From positions 83,252 to 147,251 of the forward strand of contig NW_005434662.1 of NCBI RefSeq assembly GCF_000315625.1: a stretch of DNA of 64,000 nt, in the 5' to 3' direction. Below the pieces are notes generated by a model that saw only the letters and a list, made by a program, of their open reading frames with translations, searched no databases and was not told the DNA's origin. This stretch comes from Guillardia theta CCMP2712. Lineage: Eukaryota; Protista; Cryptophyta. Shown one piece after another: positions 39,420 to 50,559 of this stretch (the first letter of the stretch is position 1; each line of letters begins with the position of its first letter). The translations under genes were made by a program, and so were the position numbers.

Positions 39420-41030
39420 ATGTTTGCACGTACATTTCTCCGAGCAGTCCCTGCTCGCGCTTTCTCTGCTGCTTCGCAGTTTGCAAGCAAGAGCATGAGC
39501 AAAAAGTGGTCCTGGAAGGCAAGAGCTGCTGTTTTGGCTGCAGGTGGCTTCACAACTTATGCTGTTGTGGACTATGGCCTTCATCCCCGTCCCTCTAGCG
39601 AGGTTGTGGATGATCTTCTCCTCACTAAGCCCGCAACTGAGAGGAAGGAGCGTCTGATTGTGCTCGGATCTGGCTGGGGTGCAGTCGCTCTGCTTGACAA
39701 GATCGACCCGTTCAAGTACGAGGTCATCTGTATCTCTCCTCGCAACCACTTCGTCATGACGCCGCTCCTGCCCTCTGTCACCGTGGGAACCATCGAGACC
39801 CGCACTGTCGTTGAGTCTATCCGTTCCATCTGCCCCCACGTCAAGTTTATCGAGGCCGAGTGCACTGGACTGAACCCGCAGGGCAAGACTTTGACCTTCA
39901 CCTCTTCCAAGCGCCCCAGCAGCAGCAGGGAGGTGCAGGACAGCGCCAAGACTCGTCCTGAGTTTCAGATGGCGTATGACAAGCTCGTGGTGGCGGTCGG
40001 AGCTGAGAACAACACCTTCAACACCCCCGGAGTTGAGCAGCACGCTCACTTCCTCAAGGAGATCATCGACGCCCGCAGAATCCGTGCTGCTATCGTCGAT
40101 GCCTTCGAGAGCGCTTGTAACCCGGCTCAGACCGAGGAGGAGAGGAAGCGTCTCCTCAACTTCGTTGTCGTTGGTGGAGGGCCCACTGGCGTTGAGTTTG
40201 CCGCCGAGCTCGCTGATCTCCTTCACGAGGATTTGACCAAGTCTTTCCCTAAGCTGAAGAACGATGTCAAGATCCGCCTCATCGAGGCCACCGACAAGGT
40301 TCTCGGCATGTTCGACTCCAAGGTTTCCGCCTTCACCGCGCAGACTTTTGAGAAGGAGGGTATTGAGGTTCTGGCGAATACTTTTGTCAAGGAGGTGAAG
40401 CAGAAGGAAGTTCTCGTGCAGAAGAAGGGAAGCAAGGAGATCGAGTCCATCCCCTCGAGCGTTGTCGTGTGGGCAACCGGCATCAGGAGCAGGCCCATCA
40501 CCAATAAGATCAGGGAGTGCATCGGCGTGAAGGAGCAGACCAACCCCCGCGCTCTCCTTACCGACGGATTCCTCCGTGTTAGGGGGGCTGACGGCGTCTA
40601 TGCTATGGGCGATTGCGCGACCATCGACGGCAAGCCCCTGCCTGCGACTGCTCAGGTGGCGTCACAGGAGGGCAAGTACCTCTCCAAGTACCTCAATGGC
40701 CTTCCTACCGCTCACGAGGACTCGTCTGTCTTGAACGCCGTGCGCAAGATGTACTGGAAGGTGGCCGGCGGCTTTACCTCCGAGCCCTTTGAGTATGCTC
40801 ACCGTGGCTCTCTTGCTTACACTGGCGGGGACTCAGCGGCTGCTGACTTCAAAGGCGCTATGAACGGCTTCTTTGACTCCATTGGCATGTCTGTGATGAC
40901 TGGCAAGGCCACCAACATCCTCTGGCGCAGCTTCTACATGAGCGAGCAGCTGTCGATGCGCACCAAGGCGCTCCTGGCTGTCGACTGGGCCAAGGCCAAG
41001 GTGTTCGGGCGTGACTTCAGCCGCTATTAA
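39420..41030 (+). CDS. Mitochondrial type II (alternative) NADH dehydrogenase, intronless CDS
   Basis: Mitochondrial presequence MFARTFLRAVPARAFSAA; LIVLGSGWG, FVMTPLLPS, YDKLVVAVGA, VVVGGGPTGVEFAAE, VYAMGDCA, LPATAQVASQEG, FGRDFSRY; no EF-hand insert. Confidence 0.95.
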   Translation: MFARTFLRAVPARAFSAASQFASKSMSKKWSWKARAAVLAAGGFTTYAVVDYGLHPRPSSEVVDDLLLTKPATERKERLIVLGSGWGAVALLDKIDPFKYEVICISPRNHFVMTPLLPSVTVGTIETRTVVESIRSICPHVKFIEAECTGLNPQGKTLTFTSSKRPSSSREVQDSAKTRPEFQMAYDKLVVAVGAENNTFNTPGVEQHAHFLKEIIDARRIRAAIVDAFESACNPAQTEEERKRLLNFVVVGGGPTGVEFAAELADLLHEDLTKSFPKLKNDVKIRLIEATDKVLGMFDSKVSAFTAQTFEKEGIEVLANTFVKEVKQKEVLVQKKGSKEIESIPSSVVVWATGIRSRPITNKIRECIGVKEQTNPRALLTDGFLRVRGADGVYAMGDCATIDGKPLPATAQVASQEGKYLSKYLNGLPTAHEDSSVLNAVRKMYWKVAGGFTSEPFEYAHRGSLAYTGGDSAAADFKGAMNGFFDSIGMSVMTGKATNILWRSFYMSEQLSMRTKALLAVDWAKAKVFGRDFSRY

Positions 41031-41339
41031 ACGTGTGAATATGTGTAGTCTAGTGAACTTGTTGCTTCTGCTAGTTTCTAGTTTCGTCAAGATTTTTTTA
41101 AAGTGATAAAGATGATCCAGCTGAACTGGGATGCAAAATTATGAATTAAGACTATCTAACTTCTGGTGCTTGTGTTTCATTAATGTACATAACTTTATCA
41201 TTCAGACTGTTGCGAACCAGATGCAAAAAAAACTCAATACTGTGATCAACTGGACCCATCAAACATCAGTTTTGGGACTCAAATCTGCAAAGCTCACCAC
41301 GACACCCACATCCTGCCTGTTGACATTTGCTATTGATGT

Positions 41340-42560
41340 ACAAGCAGACTCGTATTGGGAAGGATTAACCAAACATTCCGTGCTGAGATGACAAGACGTG
41401 AGACGTCAAAGAGTTAACTGGAACATAACAACCTTCTGTCCTTGGCACAAGAACTGAGACAATCGTTGCAAGTTTCGCGGCATGTCTCGAAAAGAAACGA
41501 CCCCTTCAAGGCCCATCAGCAGCAGCAGGCCAACATTTCTTGGATCCTCACCTGCGCTGACTCGTTGAGATAGAAGCACCTCGGAAACAAGTTGGCGCAG
41601 ATGTATCCCTGGGGTTACGATAAGTCTCAGTGTGACAGTGAGTGAGTTCAAACAACTGGCAATCACCTTGCAAGCTTCCGAGCCGCATCCATCGTTCTTG
41701 GTCAACTTCTCCCATTCTGCTTTTGCAGCCTGACGAATGCAAGTCAAATAACAGATCTTGCCTCTCTCTGAGTTTTGCATATCACACTTATAGTCACTCT
41801 TAGTTTGTCATATTAAAAATCTTGCATTAATGTTTTTGAGCATTTCATCATAGTCCCTCTCACCACGTCAAGTTTGGCTGCAAGCATCTTGTCCCAGTTT
41901 TCAGTCACCCGCACCTGCACAAACACAATCAGTCTAGATTTCATGCTTTCATTTGAAGTACGGGATATTCAATCTTGCAGAAACTGTTGGTCAGACTGCC
42001 GAGGTAGTTGGAAGTCATGTCGGAGGATATGCAGCATCTAAAATGAGATAAGGAGTCATTGACAGCGCTGTTGCCAGTCATGTTGCTTACGGTGATGCTG
42101 TTGTACAATTCTGCAAATCAAAAGTCTTGATTGATAAAGTGAACTTGGCCGAACAGCAAAGGAGAAGAAGATATAGCTTCTTCATGTTCAAGTGTGATAA
42201 CTGTGGAAGCACATCGCTGGTAAGTAAAAATCTACAAGAATTGTTTGCAGACACGACTTTGTCTGCCTGCTGCACTATCATGGACCAGCTATTGCGACAG
42301 TTAATTTGGACTCTCCTACCGACTCTCAATCAACTGCTTCCATCCACATTGTGACTGTAGAAATAAGACTCTTCCACTCTCCAACACCTCATTCTTGAAT
42401 CAACTCTTGTCTGTGATAATACATCATCGCAATGACTGCCGCTGTGCTCTTCTCGCCGCCGAATAATCTGCGGGCTTTGCGCATCGAGCACATCTCTGCG
42501 GCTGTGCTAGCAAAGAGCATGTCTCTACAGGACATACACCATCGAGAGACTCTCTCATCA
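41340..42560 (-). CDS. Probable multi-exon gene, unknown product
   Basis: Coding-like blocks bounded by minus-strand splice signals (e.g. VRVTENWDKMLAAKL, AAKAEWEKLTKNDGCGSEACK); structure not resolved. Confidence 0.35.
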
Positions 42561-42889
42561 GCAGCATTCCGTTGCTACTCGTTCTTCAGCCTGCCCGTTC
42601 AATGGCGTTCTGACCGGCGGGCCGATAAGTTCCTCAACTTTCCTTTAAAACCCATCAGACTTGATTTTAAATCAGTACCACTGATTTTCTTGCTGTAGTC
42701 AAGGGTACCTATAAAAATGAATTAAACTATATTTGGATTCATAAAAAGAATTTTAGAAAGGAGGCAGTACAATCCATTTGGTCTCATCTACAATAATTTT
42801 AATTTCAATTACCAAGAACAGGCCTGCCTCGTTTTGATATATATGAATATTGCAGGGCAGCAGAACATATTTGCAGTCTTTCTACCTCG

Positions 42890-43075
42890 CAGTGGGGCAA
42901 CTTCAATTACCCATGACCCCTGTTTACTACCGAGATCCACCCAACCTTGGTGACATACAAAGGACCCCTCTATTCACTACCAGCAAATATACCCCCCCAA
43001 TTTACAGTAACAGATTATACCCTAGTGTGATACGTATTACGAAAGTTGTTTTGAACTCTGTGACCCACGCACCTC
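42890..43075 (-). other. Short ACCC-polarised tract
   Basis: TACCC, GACCCC, CACCC and TACCCCCC words at roughly 20-35 bp intervals. Confidence 0.5.
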
Positions 43076-43433
43076 TTTGAAAATTGAATATTTATCAATG
43101 ATATTTGAAATTTGTCATTTATTTTCAGAGTTCTAGGTGTAAGGGGCGCAGGGAGCAAGGGGGCACCGGCAAGCTCGCACCAGAGCCAGATAGCCGTCAG
43201 GTGTGGAGCAGAACAAATCAGTTAGGACAAACACGGCGAGCAGAGCAAAGCAGCAACGACCCAAGGAGTCCTTTCGCTGTACCCAACTGGCCATCGTCAG
43301 CCGCAGGCGCAGAGGTAAAGCTTCCCTTGCTCGGCCAGACAAGGCGAGGCTGACGGGCCCTGTCCTCCCCTCAATCGTAAGAGGCTAGCATCAAGCATTC
43401 CTACGACAGTAATCTCCAGCCTCATTCAGTGAC

Positions 43434-44375
43434 AATGAGCAGCTGCTGTAACTATATTTGTAGTTCGCTTTCAAAAGATTCCTGCATTACAAAGTTGAGT
43501 TGTGCGTACCAGAAGTCTACCCAATGCTGTAAGCAATTCTTGTTGTGCATGCCCCTCTTTGTCTCAAACTTGCTGTAGGCAGCATCGATTGCTATTGTCG
43601 CTGGTCAGCGGCAGGTGAGATTTTTCTCTGCAACACTGGGTGGTCTGACAGGACAATCGTTGTTGTTTGTTAGGGTCTTGTGCACCGGTCACACGTGTGT
43701 CTGGAACATTGATTATCATGCGTGCATGGCCTTATCTACTGGCTTTTCTTCTCCTCAGCTTCATATGTTGTTGCCTTAGGTAGGAATACCACCAAGATGT
43801 TTTTGTTGAAATCATGACCTCTGATGCTTATTTTCTTCCAGCCGAAAATTGCTTACGATGGAGGATGCAGAAAACAGAGCTCGTTCGTCAAATAATGTGT
43901 TTATTGCTTCATTGAGTACTTCTGTTCAAGACACTCTGGAACATGACTCGATAGAAATGCAATTGGAAGAGATTCTTAGCACAACTGGAAGTTGTAGTCG
44001 AATACTCAGGTTCGTTTGCCACGTTGAATCTAGCTTCGAAGCTCAAGATTTTATGCTGTTGTAACAGGGCAAAAATCCATTACAGCCTTCACACAAGGGG
44101 AAAGGTGCTACAACGGATGACTTCGTTTTGCGAATACTCATTCAAAATCTGCAGATTCTCAAAAGATCCAAGTACGTCTTTCACAATTATGTTTCGATTT
44201 CGATGTCGCCCTTTTTCACACAGCTTCTTGTAGTGTTGTTTACAACGAAACTATGCCAGAACCATTGCTGGAAACGAACAATGCGCAGAACCAACTTTTT
44301 CATGTACGTTGAAGCTCCATCTGATCCTGATAGACACCTCCATCATTGTTGCCATTGGCAATTTCCCAGGTACTA
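43434..44375 (+). CDS. Possible small multi-exon gene, unknown product
   Basis: Series of GT..AG segments of about 50 nt and short open frames; no recognisable motif. Confidence 0.3.
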
Positions 44376-44394
44376 AAATGATCTGTGCAGGTTG

Positions 44395-45100
44395 AAGCGG
44401 CCGCGCCTCGCGCTTAGGTACCGTACAATCATCGTGATTGGCCGGTGGCACTCGACTCAGCGGCAGTGCCACCGTGCCGATCATATGATCGGATGATGAT
44501 CAGCGCGCCCGGCCGCGACGGTCGGACAGCCGCCCGGCCGTCTAGCAAAGCGGAGCGGCCGGGCTCACAAGATTCCGGAATGATTCCGATGATCGGACGG
44601 CGGCACCGCCCGGCCGGCGGCCGCTGATGAACGGTTTCAAGCAAGTTTAAGGGTTGATGTTGTTTCACAAGGTAGTAGCTTTCAAGGTATATACAGTATA
44701 TGTCACTGAGTCACTGTCACATTGAAGACGGTCACCACGGTGACCCGGTTCAAGTCAGTGATCATCGCCGGGGCAGGACTCGTCCGATCCGTACGCGGCC
44801 CGGTCCGAGTGTCGGGTGACGGCGACGACCGTCTACGGGTACGGTACTACTTAACTCTGAGTAAAGGCACAGTACTCCGTAGCACGGTACGGTCGAACGG
44901 TCGTGCCCCTTTTTACTCAACGGTCACTCACCGTCACTGCTCAGCCGGAGCCTCTGAGTGCCGCGGCGGCCGGGCGCCGGCGGCCGGGCGGCTCAGTAGT
45001 GCCTCTTCCCCGCTCAGTCCCCTCTCGCGCAGGGCGGCAGGAGGGGCGGCAGAGGGCAGGCAGGAGGGCAGGTCCAACCAAGCCTGGGACAGGCAAGAGG
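44395..45100. repeat. GC/palindrome-rich intergenic island 4
   Basis: Same word set as the other islands; imperfect hairpin at 44849-44920. Confidence 0.6.
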
Positions 45101-45423
45101 GCAGGCAGTTGAGGGAGGTAGAGACTGTTGGTGATCCCTCGTCGTAGCAGCTCTGCGTTTGCTTGGGATCCCTTCCTCTCTCCGCTTCTTCCGACCGTCC
45201 TTGATAACTTGCGCCACATCCTAGTTTGTTACGACACTTAATTTCTCGGCTCTTCGCTCCCCTGAGGTGCATCAAGAGTCTCGTCGGTACTGCTGGTCCA
45301 GCCCCTCTTTTCGTAGCTCTTCACCTCCTATCTGAGATCTTCTTGCATTGTCTTGTTTGTTGCTTGCGGGGATTTGAATCGCTTCCTGTCAGAACTAGGA
45401 GGCAACCATAGCGGGTCCTGAAC

Positions 45424-46164
45424 ATGAGGACGAGGCACCTCATCGTCGCTATCATGTTTGCTCACCTACTGGCTTGTCATACAGCCAAGAATAATCTCAA
45501 AGACCCGGAGGATGACCCGGCAGCTGAGTATGATGAAATGGCGCATGAGTCGGAAGGGGCTGCAACGCATGCCGACTCGGCTTTCGAGCAATACACAGAA
45601 CGGCTGCAGCAACAGTTAGAGTCTCTGAGGAAAGAGCACGACGAGATATTTGGCAGAGCAGACACGAACAAAGATGGCATCATGGACAAAGCCGAGTACA
45701 TTGCCTTGCATCGAGAGGCAGAGAACGTAGAGAAATCGGATCGCTACAATCAAACGGAACTAGACGAGGGGTATGCGAGTCTGGACAAGGATCAGAACAA
45801 CCTTTTGAGCCTTGAGGAGTGGCGGAGACCATTCGAAGAACACACTGACTCATGGTTGCACATAACAGACGCAGAGGCACAGCACGAAGCGCACATCGCT
45901 CGATACAAGGAAGTCTTCAATCAAATCGACAGGATGAGGGACGGAGAACTTGACTTGTACGAGCTGCAGATAGAAGTTGAAAACCTTCACGCACGGAGAA
46001 AAGCCATGGAAGAAGATGAAGACGAGGAGGAGTCTATCTCAGGTACCAAGGACCGAGTTGTGAAAATATCTGGATCAGATATGCTGCTGATGATGGATAT
46101 CGACAAGAACGGAAAAGTTTCTTTTGAAGAATATTTGATTGGAAGCGAACTGATGAACGAATAA
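45424..46164 (+). CDS. Secreted/lumenal EF-hand Ca2+-binding protein (CREC/calumenin-like), intronless
   Basis: Signal peptide; EF loops DTNKDGIMDKAE, DKDQNNLLSLEE, DRMRDGELDLYE, DIDKNGKVSFEE. Confidence 0.88.
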   Translation: MRTRHLIVAIMFAHLLACHTAKNNLKDPEDDPAAEYDEMAHESEGAATHADSAFEQYTERLQQQLESLRKEHDEIFGRADTNKDGIMDKAEYIALHREAENVEKSDRYNQTELDEGYASLDKDQNNLLSLEEWRRPFEEHTDSWLHITDAEAQHEAHIARYKEVFNQIDRMRDGELDLYELQIEVENLHARRKAMEEDEDEEESISGTKDRVVKISGSDMLLMMDIDKNGKVSFEEYLIGSELMNE

Positions 46165-46354
46165 GTGGATTAGCTTCTAGGTTCATCATCAGCATTTTTC
46201 TCTTCCTGTTTGCCAGTGATAGAGATTACCGTGACTGACTCAAAGTGACTCTTGAAGCATCAAGTTTCAAGTGTGCAAAGTTTTCAAACCCCCGAGCCGA
46301 AGAGAGCACTTTGTTTCAATAATCTCGTATTAGAGTTTCAATATTTTCGTAAAG

Positions 46355-47325
46355 ACTCGAAAGTCAGAAGCCCGGCGGCTCGCTCAGGCTCGGACTCGCC
46401 GACCGGGGACCGCGCCGCCGCTCGCCGGGCGCCGCGGCCGCCGCGGCCCGGCCCGTCGCAGGACGGTCCGACGACCGTGCAATGCGGCCCACCGTGACTG
46501 GCGGCTGGGCGGCTCAAGGTTCAAATCAACAGGTCCGAAGTTGGCACCCGGTCAGTGCTAGCCTAGTATGCCAGGTCCGAGGCTGGCACATTTCAAGTTT
46601 GTGACTCGGCACGGTCCCGGCCCGGCCGGCCGGGGCCCGGCCGGGGCGGCCCGCCGGGCCGGGGGCCCGGGCGGCCGGGGCCCGGGCCACTGCCCGCAGT
46701 CGCCGTGCCGGTTCGACCGTCGGACGGCCGCTGAACGGCCCCCCGCCGTCAGTACGGTACTGAGGCCGACTTGCCAGGGGCATCCGGTGGGCGCGGCGGC
46801 GCGGCGGGCCGCGACGCGCCCCCGCCCGCGCTCGCGGACCGCCCGCGCGGCCGCCGGGCCCGGCCTGCCAGTGCCAGGGCGCCCGGTGACGGCGCGCCGC
46901 CGGCGGCCCTCAGCAGTCGGACGGCTTTTTCAAACCGGCCGGGCCGGGCGCCGGGCCGCCGGCGGCGCGGCGGCCGCCGGGCGGCCGAGTCAGGCGCACC
47001 GTACTGCGGCATGCCATCATGACGCCGTGAGTGATGCCATCATTCATTACTGATAGTAATGACTCCGAGTCCGGACCGCCGTGCAGCCTTGAGTCACTGT
47101 GACTGGCTCCTCAGTGGCAGCTCGGCATGATTGGTCCGACTGCCGCACCGCGGCCGCCCGGCCGGGTACGGTGGGTATCCGGGCCGGCCCCGGCGGCCGG
47201 GCTAGCCGATCCGATCGGATCACTGTCACCGATCACGGCGGATCCCGGCCCGGCCGCCGCACTGCAGGCCGCCGAGGCTCAGCTGCCAGCTGAGTGATCC
47301 GGGCCACCGAAGGACCGGAGTACGG
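46355..47325. repeat. GC/palindrome-rich intergenic island 5
   Basis: Extreme CCGG/GGCC density with TGACT/AGTCA words. Confidence 0.6.
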
Positions 47326-47564
47326 TACCTTTGAGTAAGGTAATCCCACTGTCCGAACTGTCTTTATGCGTGCAATCCGCAGGTAGTACAATTTTTTGGT
47401 CCCCAGAGGTTGCAGCTGCTGACGTGGCGAAAACATTCCGAACCACAACCGAAGGGGAGTCCTTTCGACGACGGATCCAGGTGGCAGAGGTTTGTAAGGT
47501 GCTTGCTGACTGTTCTCGATCCTTCTGTAGCTGTTCTAAGGTATTCGCGAGATTTCTATTGTTA

Positions 47565-48140
47565 AATACCCCCACCATCCACTCACTACCCCTTTCTTCC
47601 TCTGGGCGGATGAGCATGACGTGTGACCCTATCGCACCCTCCCGTTCCCTGGTTACTCACACAGGGCCCACTGACAAGCTAATTTCCTCACCTCTTATGG
47701 GTCGGCAGTCCATAACCCCCACCCTCCTCGTTTACTTGAGTTTTACGGGTGATGTGGAACTGATCCTAAAACCCTTTTTAAACAGCTATTTTACCACAGA
47801 CCCCTGACAGCTACCCTACCACATGAATAGAGTCCGGATGAGTGTTGATAAGGGGTGGTCACTATGCAAAGGTATAAAAAGATCCATTTAAATATCCCTT
47901 ATGCGTTACGTCAGCTCAAAAATACTTTTGGCGTAAAATATTTTTAAAGGGGGGCAAGGGTAATGCTACCCTACCACCTATTTCATAGAGATTCGCAGGG
48001 GTACCTCGACTGTTGGGTACCCCCTTACCATCCTGTTCCTCACATGTCCTCTTACCCCACCCCCTTCTTTGAGCCGTTTTGGACCCACGTGCAGTGGCTC
48101 CATCGCACATGCGCCTCACCCCACCCCACCTACCCCTTAG
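47565..48140. other. ACCC/GGGT tract upstream of the HSF gene
   Basis: ACCC words dominate, with a GGGT sub-block at ~47850-48020. Confidence 0.55.
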
Positions 48141-48740
48141 CCGCTCTCACGTCCACTCGCAAATCAAAGTTCACAGGCGGTCAATGCACATATAGAGCCA
48201 TGTCCTCGCCCTCTCCTCTGCTCCAGTCTCCTGTTCCAGCCCCCTCCACTTCCCTCCTTCCCTCCTTCCCTCCTTCAGGCTGTTGCTGGCATCTTGTTGT
48301 GCTCCTAGCCCATTCCTTTCTCGATGTTCCAGTTCTTGCCTCTACTGCCCTCACAGTCTGTTTGTCTTTGGCAACTGCCAGTCCTTGACGAGCAATCATG
48401 CCAACACCTGTTGGCATAACTACTTGACCATCTTTACAATTTCATTATCTCACTTCATAATACTGACTTTGTCCCTCCGATCTCTTTCTAAAGGAGCTGA
48501 GAAACTGGGAACACTATGTCTTGTTGTACACCACAACATCCTAGTTCTAGTTCAGTTTCTGGAACAAAAAAGAATGCAGTGCTTGATGAGCGAAGACATC
48601 AGTGAAACTCTCATGTTTTTGTAACCGTCACATCTTGTCATTTTTCACTTGCTACTTCTTGTTGGCCCTTGAATGTTTTTGAATGCAAGTGGTCCACAAA
48701 TTTCATGTCGCTTACACAGTGTGCAGGTTCATAGTGGAGG

Positions 48741-50466
48741 ATGGAGGACAACCAATCCACTCTCTCATCGTTCATCGTCAAGCTCACCCTCATGCTCAAG
48801 GATGCTACAGCATACCCTTACATCTCGTGGTCTCACTCCGGGGAGAGCATAGTCGTCACAGACCCAACTGCGTTTGCCATAAAAGTTCTGCCGAGGTAAG
48901 CAAATACCCGGACCCCCCGCTTCCTCCTCATGCTTGTTCTCATCTGGTCTGTGGCAGGTATTTCAAACATGGAAATTTTGCTTCTTTCGTCAGGCAGCTC
49001 AATCTCTACGGATTTCACAAGACTTCGCAAGAGGCAACAGCTTGCGAATTCACCAACCCCCTGTTTCGGTATGAAGAGGCGGCAAGGTGAAATGAAGCGA
49101 TGACGTGGAGTGTAGGAGGGGAGACGAGCACCTGCTGAAAGCTATCAGGAGGAAGGTACCGAAAGACCCGCAAGACAAGGAGCTCTTCAACGTTGCGTGC
49201 GAGAGCGAGAGGCTGATGAAAGACTTTGCTGACTTGAGGTGAGGGAGGAGGAGGGGGGGGGGGGTGACGGTGAGTGACCGGGTTGCGATGGATCAGATCC
49301 AAGTATGAGAAGCTTGAAAGTGCACTGCAGCAGAAGGAGGCTGAGAAGCAGATGATCGTCAACGAGCTCATGCAGAGCAAGCAGCGACAAGAGGTTGGGG
49401 AAGAGGGAGGCAGCGTGAGCAGCTGACGGCATGTCAGGTCTTTGAAGCCCGTCTTGACAAGATGGTTCAAGTCTTGATGAAAGCTTGCTCTTCTGTCGGA
49501 ATATCTCCCCTGCCCTGCTCGGGCAGCAAGCGGCAGATCATGGACTTGGACGGCAAGAGCAGCGTCAAGCGCCCTTGCCTGCTGGTAAGGATGCAGGATG
49601 TGAGGGAGGAGGAGGCTAACGAGTCGAGTAGGAGGGGATTGACGGAGAGATGGCGGGCGGGAGGATCGACCATGTGAAGATGGACGAGTGGCTTGACTCT
49701 CTTCTTACTGATACTCTTGGGGATGCCAAGAATGCACTAAAGGTTCGCCATAACCTCCTCCTCCTCCTCCTCCTCCTCTTCAACCAACCCCTACCCTCCC
49801 CCTTCCTGTCCCCATTCCCCTTCCTCCTCTGCAAGTTTCGCCTACTCTTGTCTCCTGCTCCCCGTCGCAGTCTGATTGTTGCTCAGTCCCAAGAATGGAC
49901 GGCAGGGCGCGAGCCTCTCAAGCTCACCAACGGGAAGCAGAGCAGCCGGAAAGATAGCATGGAGGAAGCAGCGAAGCAGCAAGACAGGTGACCTTGCCGT
50001 TCGTTGCTCCTCCTCCATTGACCATTGTTGTGTCAGCATCGTCCTCGCTCTGGACGAGCCGCTAGAGGAGGTGCTGTTCGAGCAACATGCTCCTCTCGAG
50101 ATTGGCGACGGCCCTGCTGCAGACCTGTCAGAGAACATGGTAGCCAGCATCGCACAGCCAGCAGCGATGCCGTTGGAGGAGGCACCAGCACAGGTCCTTG
50201 CCATCTTCCTCCTCCTACCCTGCTTACCATCCCACATCACTGCTTCCCGCCTGTCTTGTCCTTTTGTCTTCACCTCCTCCTCCATTTCCTCGCTAACGAT
50301 CGCGACAGCTCGAGAGCGTGCGGCTCGATAGTCAGACCCTCGATCTCGACAACTTGCTGGGCATTTCGGAGCAGGAGAACGACTTGGAATCACTGATGGG
50401 TGCTCAGCAGTCAGTTGGGATGCGGGCGGGATCGTTACTGTTGCCTCGGACGGAGATCGCAAGTAA
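48741..50466 (+). CDS. HSF: Heat shock transcription factor, multi-exon
   Basis: [67 protein letters not shown]; heptad region; acidic MDEWLDSLL activator-like motif. Confidence 0.93.
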
Positions 50467-50559
50467 AGTGTGAAGAAGGTTGTACAAACAAAGTGAAGGC
50501 CTGTTGGCTCGGTGATGTAATGAATGTATTTTACTTACAATGTTGATACGCTACTGCTG

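Noticed and set aside
39375-40226. 283-aa antisense ORF over NDH-2
   Set aside because: In-register antisense shadow of a codon-biased gene
46355-47325. rRNA/ITS or protein-coding interpretation of the GC islands
   Set aside because: No conserved rRNA motifs; the ORFs are Arg/Gly/Pro/Ala-rich in all frames, as expected from GC content alone
47325-47410. Possible SL RNA or snRNA gene (AAG|GTAA donor-like site plus AATTTTTTGG Sm-like site)
   Set aside because: Two short motifs only, single copy, no convincing stem-loops or snRNA similarity; would need an Infernal search or leader evidence
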